A stretch of 63,590 nucleotides of DNA, filler included, from Intoshia linei (Eukaryota > Animalia > Orthonectida): the NCBI GenBank assembly GCA_001642005.1. It is 7 parts of 7 records of this genome, joined end to end, with 100 filler letters (N's around TTAATTAATTAA, not from the genome) between each part and the next. Parts side by side here need not be neighbours in the genome. Positions count along the whole stretch, not along the records: positions 1 to 23,011 come from LWCA01000575.1; 6 more parts are not named here. One strand, written 5' to 3'. Under the pieces are notes generated by a model. The model saw only the letters and a list, made by a program, of their open reading frames with translations, searched no databases and had not been told where the DNA came from. The translations under genes were made by a program, and so were the position numbers. Of this stretch, positions 1-16,575 are shown one piece after another; within the stretch, counting starts at the first letter, position 1, and each line of letters opens with the position of its first letter.

Positions 1-1359
1 TGATTTATAATAAAGTTACAATAAAAACGATATTACTTATGAAACGACCTAATAATACTACATATTGAATGAAATCTAGGGCTAAAAGAAATTATATTAT
101 ATATTGAAGTATATTATTATGGTCAGATCACATTAGACTTTGAAAGATATATGAGAAATATACTATACCATTGATTTAATTTATTTAAAATTAATTATTT
201 AATTAATGAATTAATTGGTAGCACCTAAATATAGTTTGTTTTTATTGTAAAAAATACATATACATAAATTTCAATTACATATTGTGATTATCATTTAAAA
301 TTAAAGCAACGGCACGGTCTATATGTAACTTAATTGTAATATTTTTTAATGCAAAAAATGATTAATTTAACGTCATTGTTGTATTCATAAAATAGAAATG
401 AATAATTAAATGTAAAGTATAACATGTCTTGATTCAAATTGAAACATTTTAGCTATCAATCAAAATGTATATCTTCAGTATGCATTACACAATTACATAC
501 TGTTGGGTTATTATTTGATTTGATTAGTAAAACCAACAAGTCACTAACTTAATAATTTTGAATTTATAATCAAATTCCTTAATATATAAATAAAAGTATC
601 TGATTCTATTAGGGATATATACTAAATTGGAAATAAAAGTATTGGAATTGCTTCGAATAAATATTTTGACTGATCATAGATTCGATACGATGACATAGTA
701 CCTGAAATTGGTTCAACAAAAAGTATAATAATTATTGACAAAATAGCGCATTATCGTCTATATTGTAAAACTCAAGAAATTTAAATTTACTAAAATCGAT
801 ACCAATTGAGACTAAATATTACTTAAACAGTCAAAACTAATTTATCGTTTTCGATACATTGCATTGTAATTTCCAATAAATAATTTTACTAAGGGATAGA
901 ACAACAATTTTAGTGTATTAAAAACATCCAATACAAACATTTGAGTCAAATGAAAACTTTACACAAGGATGAAAAATTAATTTTTAAATTAAATTTTACT
1001 AACTCGTACAAATAATGGGAAACAAAAGGTACAGTATATTACTACTCTTAATTTTGATTATATATCGGTTCAAGTAATATCAAGTATCATACAGAGTTAT
1101 TGCATTCTAATTAACATATTTGTTGATATTTAATCACTATTTACGGTGCGAAAAAGAATATTTGTTTAATTGCAAATATTAATATTCATTAGGAATATTA
1201 TATACATTTCATTTGTATTCACTTAACTACCTGTAATGTCTACTTAACAAAATCTATTCATTAAAGATCCAAACAATTTCTAGTTTTTAATGTCTGACCT
1301 CAATGAACACTCCCATGAAATCTTTAAATTGGCACCACTAATTATTCATATTTAGCTGC

Positions 1360-3601
<2,242 letters not shown>

Positions 3602-3805
3602 ATTTTCAAATTAAATATATAAACATGAAATTCAATTTATATTTGTTTTGGTTAAATGTATACTTATACACTCTTACAATATAAACGAGCGTTTCGGAAG
3701 ATGGCGGTATTGCACACTAATTGACAAAGAGAAAATTTAAAAAAAACACAATAAGGTCAACTAAAATGTGGTTTCCTAGCCTTTTCGAAGCCATATCCTC
3801 TAAGA

Positions 3806-4137
3806 CAAGGTTTCTCAACCTTTTTTAAATTTAGCACCCCGTTAGCCAGATCAATTATTTCCAGCACCCCTGCAAAAATAAAAAATGATACCTTAAAATT
3901 CAACTCAAAAATCGTATTGTATTGAGATTTTTTAAAATCACCCTATCGAACATAATCAATAAATGAACATAGAAACTGTATTTGATGAGATTTAAATTAT
4001 ATATGATGTCAATGATGTTAGATGTTTTTATTAACATTTTTTATTCAAATTTTAAAAAATAAGAATATTTTTTCAGCATTCTTAAAATTAATTCTAACAC
4101 CCTTAGGGGTGCTAGTACAACCGGTTAAGAAATCCTG
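3806..4137. mobile_element. hAT (Buster/Charlie-type) MITE
   Basis: Termini CAAGGTTTCTCAACC and GGTTAAGAAATCCTG; flanks CTCTAAGA/CTCTAAGT (7/8 TSD match). Confidence 0.8.
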
Positions 4138-4907
4138 CTCTAAGTTAATAAAATTTCTATTTCAAATAATCAAACATTACACATGTTAAAAAATGGGAAC
4201 TACATGTACTTTATATGTATATTCAATAATGTTAGTAATAGAAAACTAATTAGATCCTTGACCGGTTTAACTAGTAATTCAAATTTTGTCTATTCAATTC
4301 TTAATAATTATAATTAAATTTGTGAGCAACAACAAAGAGTCATCATTATAATTCAAAAATTTTCAAAAAATGGTAGAATAAAAATATTCCCTAAAAACCC
4401 TATAAAAAATTGGGAAAATAAACTTGATTAAAAAAATTATATTCTTGAATATCATAATTACATGTATTTTGTGTGATAAATTTAAAATATCAAGTCAATG
4501 CTTTAGAGAGGTCATTAGGAGCTATCTGATAATATGCATAGTTTATGAAAAAAATTTGGGGCCTATTTTTGATTTTCGGGCGTTCTCGATCTGGGTTATA
4601 CGTTTCTTTACGTATAAATTATTAAAAAATTATTATGGTTATTCTTAAGTATTTCTATTAAATTCACTTTTAGTTATTGCCTACATTGAATCTTTTATAT
4701 ATGGTGTTATGTATGTTTATTACATTAGTTTTTTAAATGGATATACATTGTATATACGGTGTATTTGTATCTCTATCATATTTGGTATTAATAATTTTTT
4801 TAATGTCTTACAAGGTCTAAGATCCACTGCAGCATATCATTTTTTTCAAACCTTACACACTGCTTGATCACCTTTAACTTTATATTTTATCCAAATCTTG
4901 GATATTA

Positions 4908-6410
4908 TCCTTACTTATTATCAGGGCTGTGTGGAATTGCTGGTACCAGCGACGTTGGCTGGTAACAGCAACAGCGGCTGCTGTACCGGTACAGCAAGGC
5001 TGTTTTTCCAGCATAAGATTTCATATATTATATTGAATTTTAGCATATGTAAAATGAAAATATCACTAAAACCTTGTTAACCGTTTATTGTCCATACAAA
5101 AAGCGATAAGATTTAGAAAATTTCTATAAAATATACGTGAAATTTGCTAATTAACAATTATTCATTTATAAAAAAAATATAGATTCATTAATAAGTGTTA
5201 ATTATATGTACTTAAACTTTTTGTTACTAAATAATGTATCATTAATCAAATGAAAATCTAGGAATAATACGCATTAAGTTTACCCCTTAAACATTGGTAT
5301 AAGTAATTTTTAATTGAATTAATTCTATTTTTCAAAATGTGTCATCACTTCGTAAGTTTTTTTTTATTGGCAGACAAAAATAAATTAAATATTAACATAA
5401 AGTAGAAATATTAACATATAGCTAAAATGCAACCTCAAATTTTACATGAAGAAATTAAATTCAGTTATTATAATAATAGATTGTACTGAGCAGTGCTCAG
5501 TGACCACAGTATAAAATATAAATAAAACTGAATATGCTTTTTTAGTAATTTTATTTATGTGAATTAATTTGATGTTTGGAGTATATAGAAAATTTTTTAT
5601 GTTTATAAGGAGTCACGAACATAAAAATGTTTAAAACCACTGATATAGATAAACAATCAAATCTGTTTAATATAAAACAAAATCAAATTCTAAAATACAC
5701 GATTTTGATTTTAAAATATTGTTGTACCTTTTGCTGGAAATACAGCAATACTTTGCTGTATTTGTAAAAATGTACAGCACTTGCTGTACGGACAACAAAA
5801 TACATCATTGCTGGTACCACCCTGCTTATTATACATATGTAATATGCTTTGTTTGTCTGTATGTGTTATCGTTTATTTCAATAACTACCAGTCTTAGTAT
5901 TTTATAAAGCCCACATTTCAATTACACTTTTTTCCGGGACGTATAATAAGTTAAATTTCAACCTCCCAAATTCACATCTTACGGGTCAAAAAGCCCAATT
6001 GTCCTTTTTTTGAAAATCAAACGAGTTCGAGAATTTAAAAAAAAGTACAGGTGGTACGGTTGTATCCTGTTAACACACACAAAAAATGTCAATCTGAATA
6101 CGTGACACCTTCACGGTCAAAAAAGCATTTTAGTATTCATATATTTTTTTTCCGAAATATTTTATTAAAACAAAAAATGTGAATAATTTACTGGTCCCGA
6201 AAATTAAAAAAATAAAAAATTATTCTGATAGAGCTTATTCCAGTTGATATAAACACAAAATTTCAACCGCAAAAATCTACGCATTCCCGGTGAAAAATAA
6301 TTTTTAATATATTATCAACCAATATATTTTTCAAATATTTTGATTTAAATAAATATTGATCCTACAATTTCAAAAAAAATGTGCATTAAACGTCTACACA
6401 TTTCCAATAC
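4908..6410 (+). mobile_element. Helitron family copy (5' part), interrupted by the hAT element
   Basis: Starts A|TCCTTACTTAT; after the hAT insertion, 5833-6410 is the reverse complement of family copies near 13325-13580 and 37420-38070. Confidence 0.75.
4922..5824. mobile_element. Non-autonomous hAT element, 903 bp
   Basis: CAGGG...CCCTG termini, subterminal GCTG(G)TAC repeats at both ends, perfect 8-bp TSD CTTATTAT (4914-4921 and 5825-5832). Confidence 0.88.
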
Positions 6411-7485
6411 TAATTACTATATATACTAATACTAATTTTGAATTTGATGACAGAAATTAAAAATAATATTAAATATGCAGCTAAATATAGAAATGTGTAA
6501 TTGTTACAAATTAGCCTGCTCCAGTGTAATTGTATTATTTGAATAATAATACATAATTCATTAACTTTTTTATCAAATTGTATTTAATTTTTGTTTAGAT
6601 TACAATAAACGCGTTCTTCTATATTTTAATAACGTTTTGCAGAATAATCTCCCAATTAAATATATCAAAGTTTACAAAAATATTGGTTACTGAGAATTCT
6701 ACATAGTCTTATTGAAATTAAACATTACTGATCGTCAAATTATTTTAATCGCCACCCAGCACGATTAAATAATTATTTACGCATAATGAATCTGTATTTG
6801 TTTAAAATTCCAGAATACGTACTATATGAAAAAGCTGGTTGTAAAATTCATAATATCTCTCGCCCGTTTTCTCTATTTTTTTTTAACATTGAAATGTTTA
6901 TATGAAACAAAATCATTTTTTGAAAGACATTGGATATTTATTATCCACATTTATACAATTTTTATTATAGATTTTTGTATATTAAAAATAGAATAAATAA
7001 TAAAATTAAAATAACAATACCGAAAACTAATCACTCATACGTAATGTAAAAAAATTAATGAAAATGTTCCTGATGAATTAATTTATTGGTATAATGATTT
7101 AATTTTTATAGACCTATAAAATGTTTTATAGGACTTTTTTACAATGTTACTCATAAATAAATGTATACTTTAATAACTATTATAATGCCATACACTTTCA
7201 TGTGTTAATATATGATTTAAGTGCTCTCAAGCAATGTGATAAAACAAAGGAATTATATATTAACACTGGTTGAGTACATTGTTTTCTAAATAATCGGCTT
7301 ATTATGTATATTATTAAGTTAAATTAGTTTCCAAGATAGTAAATGTAAATATAGCTCAAACTCCTACGTAGTATTTAATTATACAAAAGAAAAGAAACAT
7401 TGTTTGTCTATTAAAATGTAATTAGATTTCGGTCCGAATTATTTTCATAAACTATGAAAAATTTGACTTAATATTCTATTAAAGA

Positions 7486-10400
7486 ATGGGATCTATTTTT
7501 TCAAAAAATAAGATTCACCAGTTGGATAATGATTCCGCTTGGAAGCAGCAGAATAAAGATCAGGAAGAAAACAAAATGTATAAATTGATAAATTTGAAGC
7601 AATCTGGTGAATTCATTAAATTATATCGAAATATACCTCGAGAATGTTTTGAAAAGTATTTACTCGATGAAATTCAATCTTATATGTATAATAACGGAAA
7701 AGGTGGATTACTAGATAACCATCATTTATTAGAATGGAGAATAATAACGATGATGCGATTAACGGTACACTTATTTTTAAGTCTAATTCGACTTTACCTT
7801 AAAACAGTGTTTCTTAACCGTGGTGTAAGCCAACTGATAGGGCCTGGCGAATTTTTTGTGGACATCGGGAGTTTGGTGGTGCATGAGACATTTCACGAAT
7901 GTATTGAATTATGAAAACTGTAGATTAATATAATGTTAAAATTGTACAATACTACCTGTATTGTTACGTACTTCTCAAAAACAGCAGCTACCTCTGCCGA
8001 GAGACAATTTTTTCATTGATTTTACTTTTTTAGGTTGTGATTGATGATAATGTTTAAAATTTTAAAAGTATCATGAATTTATATTTTATAAAGGGTATCT
8101 ACTTAAACCCAACCTTTTTTACCAACCCTTATGTGAATAATCCACTTTTATAAACCCTAAGGGAAAATTTAATTTTCACAAACCCTTAAGTGACAAAACC
8201 AATTTTACCAACCCTCAAGGGAAAAACCCACTTTTATCAACTTTTATGTGAATAATCCACTTTTATAAATCCTAAGGGAAAATTTAATTTTCACAAACCC
8301 TTAAGTTAAAAAAAAAATTTTACCAACCTTTTAAGGAAAAAACCAACTTTTACAAACTCTTTATGGGAAATTCCACTTTTATAAACCTTAAGGGAAAAAT
8401 TAATTTTCACATACCCTTAAGTGAAAAATCCAATTTTACCAAAGAGTTTGTAAAAGTGTGTTTTTCACTTAAATGTCTGTGAAAATTAATTTTACCCTTA
8501 AAGGTTGTTAAAAGTGGATTTTTAGTAAAAATGGTTGATTTAAAAATATTCTCTAATATAAAATTATGTGACTATAAATTTTCAAAAAAACTAGTATTTT
8601 GGGGGTTTGAACATAAAGATGTAAGTTTCTGATATTGATATTTACGATAATAGTAATGATTTAAAACGTGTCCCGGAATTAATGTTCTTTAAAATTCTAA
8701 GACTGATTTTATTATTTATTTAAAAAAAATACTTTGGGCTTTTGACACTGAAGGGTACAATTTTTGAAGATGACGTTTTCGATAAAATATTACACTTGAA
8801 AATCTGTATTAGATATTGGGTTTTTTTGATTCTAGGACATTTAAATTTTTTAATTAAACGGTAACACACAGGCATTCAATTTTATATAAGTAAACTATTA
8901 TCATGTGTATCAATAGTATCTTAATATCTTAAATACGAAAATCTTAAAGAATCGTCAGGCTCAGTGATATCATTAATTCTATAAAATAAATATATTATAA
9001 TTACCTCGACTTTCCATAATAAAAGTATTAGATTTTTAATTTATTAGAGTAAGTTTTTTATATTAAACTGTTATATAAGTCCCTAAAAAATTGGGCGTTA
9101 TATTATTTTATGAAATGGGGTCTGAGATTTGTTAAGAGTGAAAGTGTGGCCTAGCATGAAAAATATTAGAAAAATTACCTTAAAATAAAATCTATAGTTG
9201 AACTGAAATCAGGTCTGCGTAATAAAGAAGTTAAGATTTTATTTTTTTATCTGTAGAATACATTTTTTAATTTTCTTTATGACGTGTGTAATTTTTTTTT
9301 TTTCAATAATTATTGATTCAATGCAATTAATATACAATGTTTTATAATTCTAAATTTTAGGGCATGAATAGAGAATCTGCATCAATCCAATGCTCCAAAA
9401 ACACTCACATTGAATATAACGGCAAACACGAAGTATGCTGGGATCTAGATCAACGTGGTAGTATGGGGGAAACACCATTACATCTGTGCTTATTATTTAA
9501 TGATCCAGAATTCAACGAAATTGCTAGCGTGTTGTTAAGAATTTACCCTAAATTGGGATTAGATTTCTATGAAAATGACGAGTATTACGGTATTAATTTA
9601 TTTATTACATTATATGTAAAAAATTACAACGCTAAAATTAAGTTTTCTAAACCAGAGCACTATCAGGCTGCATGTGTCATAGATTACTGAATTTTTTATT
9701 TTATTAAAATGTAGATATGAAGATAAAATGTTTGATTATTTATGATGAGGCTTGACATCCAGCATTCAAATTAGGTTAGACACAATATAGGCTGCAGAAT
9801 TTTCTGAATTTAATTTTATAGTTTGGGTTAAATTTAATTGTAATTTTAATTCTAAATGTAAAGTTTTCAAAAATTACAATTTTCCCTTTTTTGATGAAAT
9901 ACAATCAAATGGTTAACCTGGAAAATTCATGTAATTTAAAAACATTTGTTTTCAACGATCTTAATATGTGTATCAAATTACAATGGTGGTATCGTGTAAA
10001 CAGAATATACTGAGTAGTGGATATGTTGGGTAATCCTTCTTTGTTGAAAATGAATTTTGCTTGAGAATTGGTTTGGACGTTGAAGAGGTTTGGCCACTAG
10101 GTACCTTTAATACATAATTATTTTAAATAACTAACTTTACAACTTTGATTGTACTAAAAACACAAACTATTTATGAATTGTATATAAAATGTTGATATTT
10201 AGGTGAAGCTTGTCTGCATTTAGCTATAGTGGCCAATAATTTTACATTGGTTCGAATATTAATAGAATTGGGTGTAGACATTAACCAGAGGGCCATGGGC
10301 AATTTTTTCCTGCCTGAAGATCAAAAACATAATTTTGATCCAAAAAAAACTGATTACATGGGTATGATTTATAGTTTTTAGCAAATAATTAAAACTACCA

Positions 10401-13400
10401 ACCACTAATTGTAAATATAAAAGGGTACGCATATTATGGAGAGTATCCCTTATCATTTGCCGCATGCTTTGAAAATGACCAAATTTATACATATTTATTG
10501 GATCATGGTGCAAATCCTGATTTACAAGATTTGTACGGAAATACTGTAGTCCATTTGTTGGTTATTCATAACAAATCGGTACTATTTGCATAACATTAAC
10601 ATATTTTATACATTTCATTCACAGGACATGCTAAATTTTGTAGTAAAACATGAATTGATGCCTGCAAGTCTAGAAATAAAAAATAAAGCTGGATATTCAC
10701 CAATCACGTTATCATGTAGACTTGGTAGAAACGAAATGTTTAGGGAATTAATTGATATCAAATCATATGTAAAATTAACGATTCATTAATAACTATTAGA
10801 TGTATAATAAATAGGACCGTGGAAAGGGCTAGAAGATATGTCCGGCCTACAATTTGTTATGTTGAAAATTTTTTAAGTACATGTGTATGCCAAAATTATA
10901 ATGACGAAAGCGATTTACAATTTTTATTTTCAGTTTTTAGACAATAAACGATCAATTAAACAATGTACATTTGGTATAGACATTTAAAACAATTTTAAAA
11001 AACATTATAGGTCCCTACAATTTCCATCTGGCCCGGGCATACTTCTGGCTCTCCACGGTCATGATAATAAACATTTAAAATTATAATTAACATTTATTTA
11101 ATGTAAATTGAACAATATTTTTGTTTCTTTACAATCATAGGTATACTCGTAAATTTCTTTAAAATTTATTAACGATGAAATTAAATTAAATAATCAAACT
11201 TAGGAAATTTGGAGATATAGTAATATAACATGCTTACAATATTCTCTGGCATCCATAGATTCTATTAAAGTTAATGGCGAATTAGGTAAAATATTTATTT
11301 AAATTGTTGTTTTTGGTATTCTGGCGCGCCGATATTTTCTAAAGAATGAAATAAATTATTATCCCAAATATCATCAAATGTAGATTCCTTACACTGTAAT
11401 ATACACGTACATGTACTTATTTTATACTGTAACGGTTACAGTATTCAGTGAATACTATTCACGCTTAAGACATGTTTTGATTATAAAAGTGTTTTTTTGA
11501 CCGTGACGATGTTACTTTGTGAAATCAAAATTTTGTGTGTATGTTAACTGGAGATAATGTTTTTAAATTCTAGGTTATTTTTACTTTTTTGAAAAAAAGG
11601 TAATTTGGGTTTCTGCCCTGAAGATATAACTTTTTGAAATTTAAATTTATGGAATGTTTATGATTTATAAATCTGTATGAGAGGATATATTTTTTTAAAC
11701 TCTAGGACTCGTTTCATTTTCAAAAAAAGCATGATTAAGGTTTTTGATTAGTAAGATGTAAGTTTCTGAGATGGAAATTAATCTTAGTTTCACCTCAGAA
11801 AAAACTGTAATAGAAATTTGTTATTTTAAAATTTCTAAGACTCTTAGTTATTGAAATATATTATCACAGACAGACAAACAAAGAATTTCATACATGTATA
11901 AGTTAGAACTTGAGAAAAATTTTTTAGTGGCTTATTTTTTATTATTTTTTATAAATACAGTCAGATTTGTTGATAGTGAACCCTTTAGATGGTGAACTTA
12001 ACTGATATTACTATACTAACTTGACTTATATATAATTTAAACTTAGATTCATTATTAATAATGTTTCATTTCACTGTCATTTTCATTGTTCATTATTTTT
12101 TTTATAGTGAACATTAAAAAAAATCGGAACCAAATGTTCACTATCCACAAGTCTGACTGTATATGGCTTCAAATATAGTAGATTCAGATTTGCAGTGATA
12201 TGTTGAAATATTTTTTAATGTTTTAAAATAGATGGCCAATCAGCCCTAATTTATATTACAGATGGTGAAACAACCGATCACTTGGAAGTAATTTAATATG
12301 ATTATAAAATCCTTATTTCTATAAAAATTATAAATTAGTTAATAAAAATATGTATATGTACTGTTAAAAATAATTTATTATATGAAACTTAGGGTATTAT
12401 ATTTGGGGTTGAATTACTATTTATAAATTGAAAACATTCAGACCACTCAATTTGAATTTAAATATGGATTGATTTTAACACTACATTATTACACTACTTG
12501 ATAATTACCTCAAATTACAAATTAACCATAATTTTTAATATTTTTTTCCAATAACGATTTTTTAATAACATTTTTAACTGTTTATTAGATTTTAATAAAA
12601 TGAGTTAATCCGATACTAATAAAATTTTGACATTTCATAACTTGCAAGTTGTAACCGTACCTTAAAATAATTATGGATAAAAATTTTGTTTATATTTTGT
12701 AATTGGCTAGGTTAACTGTTATGTAATACGTACAAACAGGGCCTAGCTCTGCCAAAAGCACATTTTTATTATACTTAAAAAATAAATTCACGTTGAAAAT
12801 TTTATTTAAAAATAATACTATTCACTATTATCAATCCTTTAAAGGAGTGGTTCCCAAATTTGTGTCAAGTGGAACCATCATATCACATTACTTTTTATTT
12901 TAAAGTGAATTATTCCATCTTAATTTTTTGTTTGTTAATATTTAAAAATAAAGTAAAAACAGTCAAATCCTAAAAATTGTCATAAATAGCATAAATTCCG
13001 AAAAAATAAAATTATAAACTATTTTGTTATTTTGAGTGTGATAATATATATTTAGTAGTACTGAATCAGTACCAATTTAATAATTTAATAAATACTTAAA
13101 AATACCAATTATGTATCAATAATTAACGGAATCAGCATTATATAAACATATTTCAGGTAGATTTTACCAATATTGCAAATGATTGTAATAAATATCAAAA
13201 TGATAATAAAAAAGTTGTATTACTTTTAATAGTCGTTGTATTTTTTATTTAAATGTTTTGAAAATGAGAATTGAAATTTAAAAATTGCGAAGGAATGAAT
13301 TATGTAGATTTTCACCCATATTTCTTTATTGGAAATGTGTAGAGGTTCAATACACACTTTTTTGAAATTGTAGATTTAATTTTTAATTTTTATTTTAATC

Positions 13401-16400
13401 GAAATATTTGAAAAATATTGGTTGATAATATCTTAAAAATTATTTTTCATCGGGAATGCGTAGATTTCTGGGGTTCACATTTTGTATTTATAATAACTGG
13501 AATAAGCTCTATCAGATTAATTTTTTTTTTAATTTTCGCACCGTTAATTATTTCACATTTTTTATTTTAATAAAATATTTTGGTATTATTAAAAAGTCAT
13601 TTAAATTTTAACCATAACATTTTTTTTCTTTGAAGTGTTACATAAATTTGTTTTAATAAATTTACAAATTATTATTTTTTAGGTCCACGACGAATAGCTT
13701 TTGACGACCCTTTTTTAAAGGGTTATATATTTAACTAATTAATTTAAACCAACGATGTAATTTGACATTAAAATATTTTAGATGTTACAAGGCGGCGTTT
13801 TAAGTCAATTGCTAGATGAAAAGTGGAAAATTTATGCTAGGGTATGTTTGACTTTGTTTATCCATATTGACTCTAGACTCTAGACTCTAGAATCTATAGT
13901 TTAGTAATCCGTACTTGTGTAATTTTTTCAAATATTGAAAAAATACAAGAATAAAGCTGTATAATATATTATTTTTTTAAAACATATTAAGTTTTTTGGT
14001 CAAAATCTACACAATATTTGGAAAATCCTAAAATGGACAAGTATGAAATTTTTCAAAATGCGAAACATTTATTATACTACTAGCTTGACTGTTACTTGAC
14101 TATACTTCGTACAAGCAACATCGTAGCTCTACTGAAGATTTTAATTTTTAATTTTAATTCAACATTTGAAAAATATTGGTATTTAATGTATTAAAAATTA
14201 TTTCTCACCGGGAATGCATAGACTTTGGGATTGAAATTTGGTATTTATATCATATGGCATAAGCTCTATCAGAACAATCTTTTTTTAATTGTAGGACCAT
14301 TAATTATTCAAATTATATTTCAAATTTTTGTTTTAATAAAATAGTGTTGAAATAAAAAAAAATGAATATTAAAATACATTTTGGTTGTGAAGGCGTCACT
14401 TATTTAGATTGAAATTTTTTGTGTGTCTTAACAGGATCAACTGTACCATCTGTAATTTTTTTTAAATTCTAGGGCTGTTTTCATAAAAAAAAGGGTAATT
14501 TGGGTTTTGATCGTGAAAATTATTTTTTTGAGGTTTCCATTTATGATAATGTTTATGATTTTAAAAACTATTCCAGAATATATGTTTAAAAAAATTTTAC
14601 ATGTTTCATTTTTAAAACAAAGGGTAATTTGTGGTTTTGACTGTGAAGGTATGCTTTTGTGACGCTGAGATTAACGATAATGTTAATGGTTTGAAAACGC
14701 GTTCCAGAATGTATGTTTTATTAAATTTTTTGGCTGATTTATGTTTCAATCAAAAGGGAAAATTGGGTTTTTGACTATGAAGGACTCAAATTCTGAAACT
14801 GAAAAATATATAAAAACACGTTCTGGGAAAAACTGTATTAGGAATTGGGTTCTTTTAAATTCTGCGACTGACAATTTTATCAATAAATGGTTACACACAA
14901 ACACACACAGACATTTATTTTTATATAATATTTATTTATTTATACATGTATGTAAAGGACAATTATATTACTGCATAATCTCCGTAATTTAGAAAAGATT
15001 TTTTATACGATTCTTGTTTGCTATACTTTACTTGATCGTTATGAGTGTATCCATATACCTAAGAACCGACAATAATCTTTTTATGGTTATTTCACGATAC
15101 GACGTTGATTTCGTAAATTTTTTTATTTTTTTCTATTCAAAACTCAATTTAGGTACGAACTCTATTCGAATTTTTTTTATTACTTATGGTTATAATTTAT
15201 ATATTTTTGGAATTTCAAGAAATTTTTATTCTTGGAATAAAGGGATATATTTTGGGATGCGTAATATTGTAAATAATATATTTATGACACATAAATTTAG
15301 CTTGACACACCTGCCAAATCAGCATTTCGTATTTCTTGCGTGATGATACTGACTGCAGCTATATTTCGAATATTCCACTTGAAAATGGCTGAAGTTATAA
15401 TACTAAGTTTAGCAATACCTTTATCTTGGTTATATTTGTTATATTTCGCAAGGTAATAAAACTTTTTATGAATTAATTTAAATTAGAGCTTCAACAAATA
15501 TAGGATATGTAGTGCTCATGATATTTCAAATACTGAGATATGATATTTTTCGATTCCTTGTCATTATTCTCATATTTATAATCCAGTTTGGATTATGTAT
15601 CTAATTTAAGTATAATTAATTGATATTTTTATAGGTTTCTATTTTTTATTCAAATCACTCAAAAACCTTAGTACTACCAGTTACAAAAACCTATCCGGCA
15701 CTTTAATTGAAATGATCAAAATGATTTATGGCGAATTCAAAGTTTAATAGAATATTAAAACTTTTATTAACATATTAATAAATTAGATTGATGATTTTGA
15801 TAATGTTTTGTATACAAACACTGTAAAAATTGTTTTCACAATATTTGCCATATTGGTTCCAGTATTATTAATGAACATGCTTATAGCCATGATGGGTATT
15901 AAAACATGTCGGTATAATTTTATAATTAACAATTTAGGAAATACATATCAAAGTATTATAAAAAACGTGAGAATGGAACAAAAACGACAGGTACATTGTA
16001 CACAGGTGTAATAGTATTTTTATTAACATTTTTAGTGGGCAAAAATCGTCATTTCATTAGAAAGAACATTTAACAAAAAGGATTTGATTAAATTCCAAAA
16101 ACAGTATTCAGTAAAAGGAATGAATGACGATAACAATTATTTATTGGTAGTCAAAACTTCCACAATTACCAAAGCCAAAGAGAGACTCATGGCCTTCAGT
16201 AACTGGAAGGTTAATTCTTTGATTCTATTTTCATTTACAATGTGTGCTAATTAAGTTTATTTAGAATCTAATTAAATTAGTATCCTCTAATATGGCTAAA
16301 TTGAAATTTAACAAATCAAATGATTGCAAACCTTCTGCACCAGCCATTAAACTCTCGGTAGATCAGCCTGATAGCCAAATATTAAATTTGAATGCATCTT

Positions 16401-16525
16401 ATTATAATGAAATGAAACGACGAATTTCAAATTCAATAAACTCCAAAATAGATAAATCGAATTCTCATGCATATGAATCGGATAATTCAGATTCAACAGA
16501 AGTAATATTTATTGATGGGAATTGA
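7486..16525 (+). CDS. iav: TRPV channel, Inactive/OSM-9 subfamily
   Basis: Exons 7486-7764, 9361-9589, 10203-10361, 10424-10578, 10625-10768, 11204-11285, 12232-12287, 13782-13841, 14993-15112, 15153-15260, 15301-15452, 15487-15596, 15635-15741, 15787-15895, 15938-15990, 16036-16209, 16265-16525 splice in frame. Ankyrin motifs GETPLHL, YYGEYPLSFAAC, GNTVVHL; Iav-like EIWRYSNITC and HLEMLQGGVLSQLLDEKWK; S6/TRP box LLMNMLIAMMGNTY...KRQWAKIVISLER. Confidence 0.92.
8090..8555. repeat. ~29-bp tandem array with ~115-bp higher-order period and an inverted arm (foldback-like)
   Basis: Monomer about CCACTTTTACAAACCCTTAAGGGAAAA from 8105-8440; CCACTTTT landmarks at 8142, 8257, 8373; reverse-complement monomers 8443-8530. 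Confidence 0.8.
10812..11063. mobile_element. hAT MITE, 252 bp, in TRPV intron
   Basis: Imperfect TIRs TAGGACCGTGGAAAG and CTCTCCACGGTCATG; perfect TSD ATAATAAA. Confidence 0.85.
11958..12159. mobile_element. Tc1/mariner-pogo type MITE, 202 bp
   Basis: TIRs CAGTCAGATTTGTTGATAGTGAAC and GTTCACTATCCACAAGTCTGACTG; TA on both flanks. Confidence 0.88.
12707..13640 (-). mobile_element. Helitron family copy (3' part)
   Basis: CTAG terminus next to the GTAC/AACAG hairpin; body shared with 32539-32740, 46050-46410 and 51899-52974. Confidence 0.75.
14080..14930 (-). mobile_element. Helitron family copy with ~130-bp internal repeats
   Basis: A|CTAG end at 14080; body collinear with 52270-52970; CA-rich tract near the decayed 5' end. 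Confidence 0.78.
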
Positions 16526-16575
16526 TTTCATTTATTTTATTAGAATTAGTGTGTAAATAAATTTTAAAATAATAT

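Noticed and set aside
8105-8530. CRISPR-like array
   Set aside because: Monomers are contiguous and degenerate with no unique spacers; eukaryotic context and no cas genes.
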